Assembly (NCBI GenBank): GCA_051294375.1
Contig: JBJCIZ010000239.1
Span: forward strand, 801,721 to 865,720
Direction of reading: 5' to 3'
Source of the DNA: Paraspadella gotoi
Taxonomy: Eukaryota; Animalia; Chaetognatha
Length of the DNA stretch: 64,000 bases
The notes beneath the pieces were generated by a model that did not search any database, was not told where the DNA came from, and saw only the letters and a list, made by a program, of their open reading frames with translations. Shown here piece after piece: positions 32,709 to 44,239 of the stretch. A program made the translations under genes and the position numbers. Each line of letters begins with the position of its first letter. Positions within the stretch are counted from its first letter, which is position 1.

Positions 32709-35353
32709 ATGGGACTGACTGGCGCGTTATGTTACCTGATGCATTTCCTGTTGGACATTTTCTACGAAGTGTGGAATGCCGTTTTTAAGGTGAGCTTTTA
32801 AAAAGAAAATTATATTCATGTCATAGAATTAAAACTTAAAAGCTTGTGGTTTCGTCAATTCGCATAGAGTTAGTTCCTGTTTTAGTTGCTTGTCTCTTCA
32901 ACCAATCATTTATAATAACAAGCTGTATTTTCCTAGTTAAAAATTTTACACACAAAGAGTTTTCCCGTAGAAATACATGAGGACGCGCGCAAAAAAAAAA
33001 ACTATTCGCGGATTCGTTTTATGACATTTTGTATTTTTTTTCTTTACGTCAAAGACAAGTTGTAAATTGTACACTTGTTTTTCTCAAATCAAAACTTTAA
33101 TTTTTCTCGCTCGCGAGAGTGTTTGTGATCAACAACATCGCCTTATCTATATTATACAATATTCTCCAAAGCTGGGAAAGTACCGTGTAGAATGACCGCT
33201 CGAAGAAAGAGGAGAGGAAGGTTTAAGATGAGACGGTGTAAGTCGCCTCAATATTAATATTATAACAAGGTAAAATTTTACTTTCGCCGACTGTGATTTT
33301 TGGCTCCTGTTGAAAAAACGGGGTAGAACAATTTTATTATTTTGAAAAAAAATATAAATAAATAAAAACCCAAATCATCCCTAATCTTAACCATCATTAA
33401 CCATAAACCATTTCCTAAACTATCCACCCTACTATGGCTTCAATGTGTAGTCGTTACCCCAGGGTAGCGAGGCTGTATGAAACTTTATGCTATCCACCTT
33501 ACTATGGCTTCAATGTGCCCCAGTCGGTGAGAGGAATACTATGCCGTATACTAATGTATTATTTGATATAAAACTTATATAAAATATTATGAAATTGGTA
33601 CAACCAATATATTATATTATTGTTAATATCAAAGTGTTCGTCTCCTTTATCCGACCGCAGAGTCATACCCCGACGCCTCCGATCACCGACGACGTCCTTC
33701 TCTGTGTCGGCCACCCAACTGGCGGCCGACATTAGGTGTCGGGAGAAACGTCGGTCTCAGTCGTAGAAGCTTTCGTGCGGAGGATTCGATGCGTGAACCC
33801 GACGCTGAACTGCTTGGTGGCCGACAGGTTTTGTGAAAAGACTAAATAATAATAATAATAACTGAGCCGAATAAATGTGCGAAAATTGAAAAACTGAAGC
33901 TAAAATGTGGATGAATACAAATATGAAAAAGACTAAAAAAAAAAAAAAATAAACTGATTAATTATTGGATTAATCAATACATCTTGCATTTACATTTAAT
34001 ATAAAAAGAAAAAGAAGCATAATCAGATTCGTTGAAACAGGTTTTTTGTTTTTTCCATTTAAACTCATTTCCACTCAAACGATTCCATCAAATTTGATTT
34101 CCAGCTTAATCACACACTTTCCTACCCACATACAAAATTTTCAATTCAATCGCCCATCCACTTATGAGTTATGAGTAATTAGCGTTCAAATAGTGAAATA
34201 GATTTTTTGTTTTTTCCATTTAAACTTAACCCATTTCCACTCGCACGTTTTCATCGAAACTTTATATCCTATTCAATCTCACACTTTCTTACCCACACAC
34301 AAAATTTCATTCCAATCCATCCATCCAATCACGGGTAATTGGAGTTTAATGCTAACTGGGGACGGACAGACGGACGGCCGGATTCTCATTTTTTTTGGGT
34401 ATAATTTATCAAAATTCGAGTTTCTTACGTAATAAAAATGATTTACCGACAAGATTTTGGGGTGGGGACGGACCGACAAAGGAATTATAGAAGTCGGAAT
34501 CTGCTTTTAAGCTCCCGACTAAAATTTAAAAAGAATGGAAAAAAAAAAACAAAAAAAACTTCGCTTTTCCTTCTCGGCTGCGTTGGCCGAGGCGGCGGAG
34601 GTGGACGCCATCTTGGATTCTGATCCTAAATCCGACTCAATTTCCAAAGAGCGGAAACCTTTCTTGGGCGTGCCCTTCACAGCCAAGGATTTCTTTGCCA
34701 TCAAGGGTAAGTTAAGCTTTGAATTTTACGCCTAAAATTATTGCGTAGTCATTTGGTGAGTTAATTAATACTAATATAATAGCCCTAATACTAATAATGA
34801 GTTAGAGCTCTCTTTTATGCTCTCTCTCCCTCTCCCATCCCAGGCCTCCCCAACACCTGCGGTTGCGTCTCCCTCAAAGATCACATCGCCACGGAAGATG
34901 CCGTCGCGGTCGCGCGCATGCGCGAAGCGGGAGCCATTCCGCTCGGCCTGACCAACGTGCCGGAACTGTGCATGTGGTGGGAGACGAATTGTCAACTGTG
35001 GGGACGAACGCGGAATGTTTACGACAATCGGAGGATCGTTGGGGGCAGTTCAGGTTGTTGTTGTTTGTTATTGTATTTTTCATTTTTACCTTTTCCTAAC
35101 TTTGCGTTCGTCATCTGAATTTAAACTAACTTTAGGTAGAAAAACTTGAGGTAAACTTTTAACACTGCAATATGCAAATCAGTTTAAAGGGATATGACGC
35201 TTTAATAATCTCGCAATTTTTTTTTAATCATTCCTTCACGTAAAAAACGTAAAAAAAAATACAATGTATACAATTAATTCTTAGACAAACATTTATTGAA
35301 GCGTCATCAACTCCATTAGCGCGTTTTTTCCTTTTATGCAATATAACTATGGG

Positions 35354-35392
<39 letters not shown>

Positions 35393-38033
35393 TAATTAGA
35401 ATAATAAATTTCTCAGGAGGCGAAGGGTGCATCATACAGCGCCGCGGGTTCCGTCTTCGGCCTCGGTTCGACATCCTGGCCGGCCAGCATCCGGGTCCCT
35501 TTCCTTTCTTCAACGGGGTCTTTGGCCACAAATCCCTCCCGCTACTTGGTGCCCAACAGAAAGGCCAATACCCCTGGGACCCGCGGGAGATCCTTGCTTC
35601 ACACTCCTGGGCCTTTGTGCAGTATACGCGGAAGACTGTTGCCGACGTGAGGTTTCGTCGTTAAGTTTTAAGAGGAATTGAACTGCCGTGAGAGTGGTGG
35701 AAAGTGGGCGGAGTGTTGGGCGGAGAGTGGGCGGGTGCGCGGATCGGATGGCTGGCCGCGTAGGTCGGCGTAGTGCGAGAGTGCGCTGCGCAGAGTCGGC
35801 AGGGTCAGCGCGAGTGAAAAACTTAAATTGAGAGCAGGAGTGTGCCAGGAGTGTGTGCAGGAGTGTTGCAGAGTGTTGCAGAGCTGGTTGCGAGTGTTGC
35901 AGAAGCTGTGGCAGATTGACATAAGTGTGGCAGAGTGGTGGCAGAGTTGCAGAGTGTGGCATAGTGTGGCAGATGTGGTCTAGAGTTGATTGGCGGAGTG
36001 AAAGTAAAAACGTCAATTGAGAGACAGTGGAGAGGCTGAGAGATTATGAATGAGACTGAATGAGACTGAATGAGACTGTAGGAGACATGAATGAGACATG
36101 AATGAGACTGAATGAGACTAATAAACCAACTAAAACTGACAGAAACTGAATAAAATCGAAAAAATTCGAGCGGTACAGAGAAAATAATTATTTTAAGCAT
36201 TTTAATAATACGATTCGTATTTTGCTTTTCAGGTTTTGGCCGGCGAAGAGAAGTCAGAAGATCTGAAATTAAATAAACCGATAGATCTGAATAAGATGTG
36301 GCTCAAAGTTTACAGGTAAAAATAGAAATTGTAACTTTTAACTGATATAGTTTTTGTTGATTAGAAATTTATTATTGGCACTCGGTAAACAAACTTACAT
36401 ACAATAGAACATTTTATCAGTAATATTTGGAAAAATAGAACTTCATCAAAGTTTAAATTAATTTTCTTGTTTCTAATAATTCCAGAAAAATTAAAAACTA
36501 TTTAAAATAAATGTACATAGCCCATGAAAAGACTTTTCCTTACTTCATCTCAGTAAACACTTACTTACCGCAGCTGCACCGCTTTCGACGATGAATTGGA
36601 ACCGGAGCTGCGCCAGGCTCAGAGCCGCGTCGCCGCCTTCCTCTCCCGCATCCCCGGCGCCACAGTTCAAGAGCAAGAGTTCCCGCACTTTCGCGGATTC
36701 GTAGGCGTTTGGGCGGGAATCAAAGCCAGCACCGGCGCGCCCTCTATTTGCCAACTCATGGGACTTCCGAGAGGTGGGGGGGTCTGGCTGACAGGCTGGT
36801 TGTGATCGAATCGATTGCAGGAGGCGCATGAGTTATAGTGTATAGATATTTATTATATATTGAAAGCTTGCAGGGACCTGCTGTGTCATTATCTTGTAAG
36901 AGTTAAGTCAGGGGCAAGATAGCTTATTTATTAAATGAATGGATAATTATTATATTGGTTGTACCATTTCATGTTCATTCAATATCGTGATTGAGTGGAG
37001 AGAGAGAGAGAGTGAGAGAGAGAGAGAGAGAGAGAGTTTGTTTATTTAAATATGTTGTCTATCTTCTTTACTGTAGCCGTTGGCATATTTTAACCCATCA
37101 TCAACGGTATACAATGCAATGTTTATCGATCCATGTTAGTAATTATTTCTATAATTATTCGAAAAATAACTCGGGCCTGAAACTCAAACCATCTAACTCG
37201 CCCTCCTTATTTCAGACACGCCCGTGGATCCCTTTAAGGAGAGGAAGCGTTGGCTGCTGGGTCTCTCGCAGCACACTTACCCTGTGATCATGGTCGGGTG
37301 CATGGAAAAGTCGGGTCCGTCCTCACCCTCGGCGCTGGAGGAAAACGTGGAGACGGGACGACGCGCCGAGGAAGAGTTGAACAAACTTTTGGGTGAGTTA
37401 ATTCGGAAAGTTGTAAGTATCTTATCTTATCTTAACTTATCTTAACTTATCTTTTTTCTGAAATGGGCGTGGAAAGAGATAAGAAGCGTATCGTTTAACC
37501 ACAATGCTTCATTCAAAGATGTTCGCGATATGTTATGTTGATTGGTGGCGAACATAGCAAACATGTGTTTGTGTATGTGTGTGAGTGTGAGAGAGTGTGA
37601 GTGAGTATGAGAGAGAAGGTAAGAGTGGCGTAAAGGGACAAAAGGGGAAAACTCTAGAGATATTTATATGCATATTATTTGTAAAAAATTAGTTTAGAGA
37701 CTTTAAATATTTAGTTCCATATTGTATATTGTATAATATATATTGTATATTTATAATATATATACCCCAGGTGACGACGGCGTTCTCCTGTGCCCCACCG
37801 CCACCGACTACGCTTACTTTCACAATCAACCGATTCACAAGGAATTCGATCCCATGTACACCACGATTTTCAGCGCCTTGGGCTGCCCCGTCACCCAGGT
37901 CCCGTTGGGCCTCGGCCGGAAGGGCGTGCCGTTGGGGCTGCAGGTCGTGGCGGCGAAGAACAACGACCGGCTCAGCATCGCCGTCGCGGAGTTGTTGGGC
38001 GATGAATTTGGGGGATGGGTCAAGCCCAATTAA
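32709..38033 (+). CDS. FAAH2: FAAH2-like amidase-signature hydrolase, gene 2 (9 exons, several indels in this assembly)
   Basis: Exons 32709-32789 (MGLTGALCYLMHFLLDIFYEVWNAVFK), 33661-33827, ~34571-34706, 34844-35053, 35417-35651, 36233-36315, 36574-36773, 37216-37392, 37771-38033. Intron positions match gene 1. Motifs PFLGVPFTAKD, TNVPELCMWWET, GGSSGGEG, PVTQVPLGL and FGGWVKPN*. Frameshifts occur in exons 2 and 5. Confidence 0.88.
34030..34525 (-). mobile_element. Helentron-associated / DINE-1-like non-autonomous element
   Basis: Two ~160-bp internal tandem units, a GACG/GACA microsatellite, and a terminal stem agtcgg...ccgact next to an A/T run. This is the HINE/DINE-1 architecture. Confidence 0.5.
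35690..36150. repeat. Degenerate ~10-bp tandem arrays (gcagagtgtg; atgagactga) in intron 5 of amidase 2
   Basis: The periodicity is directly visible. Confidence 0.75.
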
Positions 38034-38139
38034 ATTGGGCGATGGGTCAAAGCCCAACGGAATTTGGGATTCGGTCAAGACAAACTGTGTTTGGAGTTTG
38101 GTCAAGCCGAACCAAATATGGGGAAGGGTCAAACCCAAC
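38004..38139 (+). repeat. Five 27-bp tandem units spanning the stop codon of amidase 2
   Basis: Each unit ends gtcaa(g/a)ccNaa(c/t) or a close variant. Unit 1 encodes EFGGWVKPN. Confidence 0.8.
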
Positions 38140-38524
38140 AGACTTGGCGATATTTTTGTATAATAATTGTTGGAATATAGATGGGCCACCCTGCAGTCAC
38201 TAATCACTACTTTTCCCTTAATTTACTTTGTATTGGAACTTGGTTTTTTTTTTGGGTCACTTGAATACTTGGTATCTAACACAGAAAGCGAAGCTGTAAT
38301 AATGACACGTCGTCATTTTTTGTCATGACCACATTTTTTTAAAAGTTTTTTTCTTTTTCTCCTTTTTTTTTTTGCACTGACTTGCAATAATATTTTTCTT
38401 ATAAAAAAAATTGTTTCTCATTTACAATGTTTTATTAACAATAAAATATCAAGTTTACAACTTTTTTACAATATATACAATAGTTATCGCGTTAGTTCTG
38501 CGACGTCACGTGACTTAGGTTGCG

Positions 38525-38597
38525 TCATCTTATGACGGGCGCCGATCTGTCGTTGACGATGGGCGCCTTTCGTAGGCGAACGTTGGCGAAGGGATTT
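38525..38597 (-). CDS. BAIAP2: IRSp53/IRTKS-family (I-BAR protein) terminal exon with WH2-like tail
   Basis: tttctcAG|A AAT CCC... reads NPFANVRLRKAPIVNDRSAPVIR*. This closely resembles the recalled IRSp53/IRTKS C-terminus NPFAxVxLxPTVTNDRSAP. Confidence 0.85.
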
Positions 38598-39369
38598 CTG
38601 AGAAATTGGACGTGCAATGCAATTAATTCACTGGAAATTTTATTATGAATTATATAAAGCGTGTTTGAGGGGAAAAATTGCATCGCTGCTGTCGAATCGC
38701 TAAAACTCACTGAAAAAAAATCCAAAATCTAAACTGTTCGATTTATCGGTAATTGAGGCTCTGCATGTTATATCTAGAAATATCTAGAAATATCCTAAAA
38801 TAGATGCGACTATAAATTAACTCACAATTCGATTCAGGTAATTATCTCGCTCTTTTATTAACAAATGTCCTTGGTCTCGTATCTTTCTTAAACTGCGTAA
38901 AAATATCTATAAGACATCCTTGGTCCGTCTTTTTTTCTTTTCTTTCCTTTTATCCATATTTATCGCCCTCAATCTCACTATCTTAGTTTACTTTCTCTAT
39001 CCTCGTCTTTCTATATTCGCCGCTCCCGATGAACGAAAGCAATTTTCTTTAAATGGAGCAACACGTGGTTATTTTTCAACAAAGGAAATCGAAGAGAGAG
39101 GACGAGGAGCTAACCGTTTCTATCGAATAGAAAAAGGAAGAGCGAACGAAAAAAGGAAGAGGAAAATTATTGTACCCTAGTCCTCGCGCTGCTGCTGCTG
39201 CTGCGGGCGCAGCCGACGCGGCGGGGATGTCGGAAGCTGGACGGGAGGAAGAGAGTGTGAGAGAGAGAGAGAGGGAGAGAGAGAGAAAGAATTTCGATGA
39301 TGGCCATCATGTCTGTTCAATTCAGATGAAAATTCAAGAAAATATTTCATTCAGGCCGATTGAACTGTA

Positions 39370-39684
39370 TAAGGGAAGTTTCTCTCTCTCTGTGTTTCTC
39401 TCTCTCTGTTTTTTTTTCTCTCTTTCTCTTTCCCCTTCTCTCTTTCTTGCTTTCTTTTTTCTTTCTCTCTTTCTTTCTTTCTTTCTTTATCTCTCTTTCT
39501 ATCTCTTTATCTCTCTCTCCCTCCCTTCCCATCTTCTCTTCTCTCTCTCTCTTTTTTTTATTTCTTTCTTTCTTAACCTTCTTTCTCTCTCTGTTTCTCT
39601 CTCTCTCTGTGTTTTTCTTTCTCTGTTTTTCTCTGTCTCTCAATCTCTCTCTCTCTGTTTTTTTTCTCTCTTTCTCTTTCCATT

Positions 39685-39763
<79 letters not shown>

Positions 39764-40020
39764 AAACCTTCTTTTTTTCTTTCTTTATCTCTCTCTCTCC
39801 CTCTCTCTATTTCTCTATCTCTCTCTCCCTCCATTCCTATCTTCTCTTCCCTTCTCTCTCTCTCTCTTTTTTCTTTCTTTCTTTCTTAACCTTCTTTCTC
39901 TCTCTCTCTTTCTCTATCTCTCAATCGCTCTCTCTTTCTCTCTTTTTCCCTTTTTTTCTCTTTTTATTTGTCTCTCTCTCCCTCTCTCCAGCACTTTTTC
40001 CTTTTCCCCCCCTTTTTTCT
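39370..40020. repeat. Long CT/(TTTC)n low-complexity tract
   Basis: Directly visible. It generates the spurious F/L/S ORFs. Confidence 0.9.
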
Positions 40021-41159
40021 ACAAATCTCTCATAGACATGGTTTTCTCCCTCATGCAGCCATTAATTAATTTTTGCGTAAAAANNNNNNNNNNTGACAAT
40101 ATCGTTCCGGATTTGACCTCAGATTTTTCCCGGCTGATAGGAACTTGGGGGAGGGGGCAAAATCGTTCACACAGATTCGTAAGGTCACGCCAAATTTCGG
40201 AGTTGGTTCCCGTTTTAGTTTCATCGCAGATCGGCGTTGCCAACGTCGGCCCCCATTGTCTTTGTAGTTTCTTTCAAAAGGCAAAACATAAAAAAAGACC
40301 CACAAAAAATGGTCCCTTTAGAAACTCCAAAAAAAGGCCCGTTTTAGAAACCAAATACAAGAGAGAAACAGAAAAGAAAAAAAAACCTAAAAAAATAAGT
40401 TAACGAGGCAAAAAAAAATGGCGCTCATCTTTGTTCTAGATATATTTTTTTTTTAGTTCCGCGGCGCGAGTACTCGCCGAGCTACTCTATTGGTGACTTT
40501 TCGGGTCGGTCCGTCTGTTTATCCATTCAATTGTTAAATTGTTTTATATAGCTATAGCTATTCTAAACTCTTATAATTCGGGTAATACTGTATGAATTCT
40601 TTCTTTTCGTTGCGTTTCAAATTAGATAAGAAAAAAATTATTTAGTTCAACAACGATAGTATTTAATTTCCGTACATGTTTTGACTTTACATTACAAGTA
40701 TATACTGCATAATATATAATATAATAATACTATATACAGTATATAGTGTATATACTGAGATACCTTGAGATCACAATGCGGCGCAACAAATTGAAATTGC
40801 CATTTCCTCTTTTTCTCTTCCACTTATTTTTACTCACCCCCCTCCCTTGCGCTCACACCCCTCCCCTTACTCCCCAATCCCTTCCCCTCCCCTTAAAAAA
40901 ATATTAAATAAATATATAAACCGTCGTCGTGACCTTAGGATTAAGAAGAAGGAAAAAAAAAAATTTCATCTCAAAATTTTTTTTTCTTTTTTCTCTTAAA
41001 AAAAATATTTTTTTTGTTCGCGGTGACAACAATGAACCCATTGAAAACGTCCGATCTGACGGAGCCCCTACTTTTTTTTTACGCTCTCTTTTCCAGAGCG
41101 CCTCGTTTTTTGTTGCATAATTTAAATTTTTAATATTTATCTTAAATACGGTTTTTATC

Positions 41160-41455
41160 CTTAACCGTAATCTCTAACCCTAACCGAATCCTAAAAAAAC
41201 CCTTAAGCCTAATTATTAACCTTAACGCTGATCCCTGATTCAAATCCTCTAACCAAATCCCTAACCTTAATCCTTAACCTCTAACCAAATCCCTAACCTT
41301 AATCCTTAACCTCTAACCAAATCCCTAACCTTAATCCTTAACCTCTAACCAAATCCCTAACCTTAATCCTTAACCTCTAACCTCCAACGTAATCTTAAAC
41401 TTAATCTTATTCCAAATTTAAGATAAAATGGGGCCTCCTTGGAAAATAAGGTCCT
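41160..41455 (-). repeat. TTAGGG-like minisatellite element (32-bp unit, about 4 copies)
   Basis: cctctaaccaaatccctaaccttaatccttaa is repeated. It is flanked by ataaaatggggcctccttggaaaataagg, the reverse complement of a head also seen at ~43395, ~10620 and ~51960. Confidence 0.7.
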
Positions 41456-43387
41456 TTTTTTTTATAGCTGCGGAGTAGGGGGGCCGTCAGGTGGGGGGGA
41501 GAAGAGGAGAGAAGCTTATTTTTCCCCTTTTTGACAGGGAACCGTAATTTTTGAAATTTTTTTTTTTCATTCATTATTTTTTCTCAACATTTTTTCTGGG
41601 GGGGGTTATAACTTTTTTTTGTTAACTCGACGGCGACCTTCGCTTTTTTTTATTTTTTTGGAATTTGTTGTTTCTTCTTCTTCTTAGTTTCGGGTCGAGT
41701 AAACAAAAGGCGAATAGTTTCACCGTGAATATCAGTGAGGATCAGTGAACCGGGTCAAAGAGTCAGGGTTAGGACTTCGCCGCTCACCTACTCCTCTTTT
41801 TACGAAGACTTAAACCGTTTCATTGGTCAATGAAGTGAGTGATTCAATGTATCTATATAATGGTTTATGTATCTGTTCTTGTATTGGGGAATGTATCAGT
41901 CTATGAATTAATATGTAATGATACATATGCATCAGTCAATCAATCATTAATCAATAATCATTAATCAATTAATCAATAATAATTCTTTGTGTTAGTCTTC
42001 TATGTATCGGCTATGTAACAGTCTTGGTATTAATCAATAGGTAAGCCTGTATCGGTCTATATTTCAGTCCATCAATCATTAATTTATAATAATTCTTTGT
42101 GTTAGTCTATGTATTAATCAATAAATCAGCTTATGCTCTTATTAAATGCATCATTCTATAAGTCAATATTTCAGTACGTTTCAGTCTTTGTTCAAAAGTC
42201 GATGAATCATTTTATAAATTTGATACCTGCTTAAAACTACTACTATTTTAGGCTACTACACCCAACCCAAACTATCTATAACCGTAATATCAACTTTAAA
42301 TTTTTTTTTTTTTATTGTTCCTTTAACAACGCTACAAAAAAAAAAAACCCTCGGACCTTTAATCCAATTTTCATTCACGCGTAGAACGACGCGGCCTCAT
42401 AATCGTCTTCATCATCGTTCAGCAGCAGCATGAAAGAGCCGCAGCAGGAACCGCAGCACGAGCTACAGCAGTCGCGGCGGCGACATTCCTCGTCGGCCCA
42501 TGGCCTCGACGCCGACTCCAGCCAGGCTTCAAGGCCTATTTTTTTTTTTTTTTTGGTTTTAACCCTCCAAATAGTTAACCCCGAAAATCTCGACAAAGAG
42601 GTGGAAAAAAAAATTGTTTAAAAAAGTGTCTATTGAAGTTTGTGAAGTTTGGAAGAAAAAAAAATTTAGGGAGGGAAACAATTTTTTTTTTTGGGGGGGG
42701 TCAGATTTTTTAGGGTATTGGAATAAATAACTTGGTAGATTAAACTGTAAGTATTCTGAAAGATAATAATCGTGAATATTTTGCATTTATTCTGGCGACC
42801 AGAAATGTTTTTTGTTTCTTTTTTTTCTTCTTTAAGACACGGTAAGCGAGTGATAGCTAAAACATTAGAATAAAACTTTTTCCTAGTAAATGCGGATTGA
42901 GCTTTCATTGAGGATTATTAATTTTGATGTTTAATATAAAATTATTATAAATAAAAGAGAAGATTACAAGATGGAACATCTCTATTTTTAAAATTGATAA
43001 AAAATAAAAAAAGACTTGAGCCAACGAACTAGTTTTCTCTCGAATTGAATCGAATTAAAGAATAAAAATTATTAAAAAAACGGAAAGAATCGTGAATTTT
43101 CTTCTCCTTCCGGTTTTTATTTTATTTTTTTTTTTTTTTTTTTTTTTTTTGCTCCTGACTGAAAAAAAAAAAGGATTTTTTGTTTTCAAAGAAAAACAAA
43201 CACGAATGCGCACGCGCGAGGAGGTTTTGTCGTTGTTGTTGTCGGTAGTGTTTTTTTTACCGTTGTTATGGTTTTGTCGTTCGTAAAATGTTTGTATTGT
43301 TGTTATTCTTGTCGTTAAAAATCAATAATTTGGATCCGTTAAGTTAAAAATAGGAACTAGTTTCTCAATTTTAATTCTTTGTCTCGT

Positions 43388-43590
43388 AAGATTCCGGCCT
43401 TATTTTTCAAGAACGCCCCATTTTTTTAGTTGAAGATTAAAGTTAAGGATTAGGTTTGTGATTAGGGTTAAGGATTAGGTTTATGATTAGGGTTAAGGAT
43501 TAGGTTTGTGATTAAGGTTAGGGATTAGGTTTGTGATTAGGGTTAAGGATTAGGATTAGGAACAAGGCTTTAAGGTAAAGTTTAGGTAAG
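43388..43590 (+). repeat. TTAGGG-like minisatellite element (25-bp unit, about 4 copies)
   Basis: Head ggccttatttttcaagaacgccccatttt, then (gattaggtttgtgattagggttaag)n. Duplicated at 51950-52155. Confidence 0.7.
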
Positions 43591-44239
43591 ACAACCATTT
43601 AAAAAAAAAAAAACACTTAATTTTTGACAGAATTCTCTTCCGGTAAAAAATTTCCGATTTGAATCAATTTATCATTCAATATTCCACTCCCCTCGTATTA
43701 AAAAATATAATCACGATTGTTGCGGTAAAAAAAGAAGCGAGAATGACTGTACACACAAAGGAAGGAAGCGACGATTGGTTTTCTTTTGCCGTTTTCAGTG
43801 TAGATAAGAAAAACTGGAAGAGGATAAGAGACAAAGGAAAAAAGAAAAGGAACGGTCCGTTCAAAGTGTTGCGCCACAGTGACTTTATTTTTACGTCTAT
43901 TTTCTTCGCGATCACATGACTACACGACTAGGTATGGATAAGGCGCTAAGGCGCTAAGACTACTATCCGTAATTTATGTTCCCCCCTCAGCAGCCAGTGG
44001 TCCTGAGCTGATAACTTTACTCAATGAGCCACAACTGAAGGTGAATTTAAGCAATGCCCGACTACATAGTAATTAATGTATAACAAACGTCTTTATATGA
44101 AATTGGTACAACCAATATATATATATATATANNNNNNNNNNNNNNNNNNNNNNNNNAAAGAGGAGATTGTGGGCCGAAGGGGATAAGAGGAGAGAAAGAG
44201 AGAGAGAAAGAAAGAAGAGAAAAAGAGATAGAGATAATA

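Noticed and set aside
41245-41385. True telomere
   Set aside because: It is degenerate, short, internal and attached to a dispersed repeat head.
42375-42596. Cys-rich minus-strand ORF (CCSSCCGSCCGS) as a metallothionein-like gene or third IRSp53 last exon
   Set aside because: The putative acceptor is preceded by poly-A rather than pyrimidines, and phase-2 splicing gives an immediate stop. The Cys runs come from (GCA)n-like repeats.
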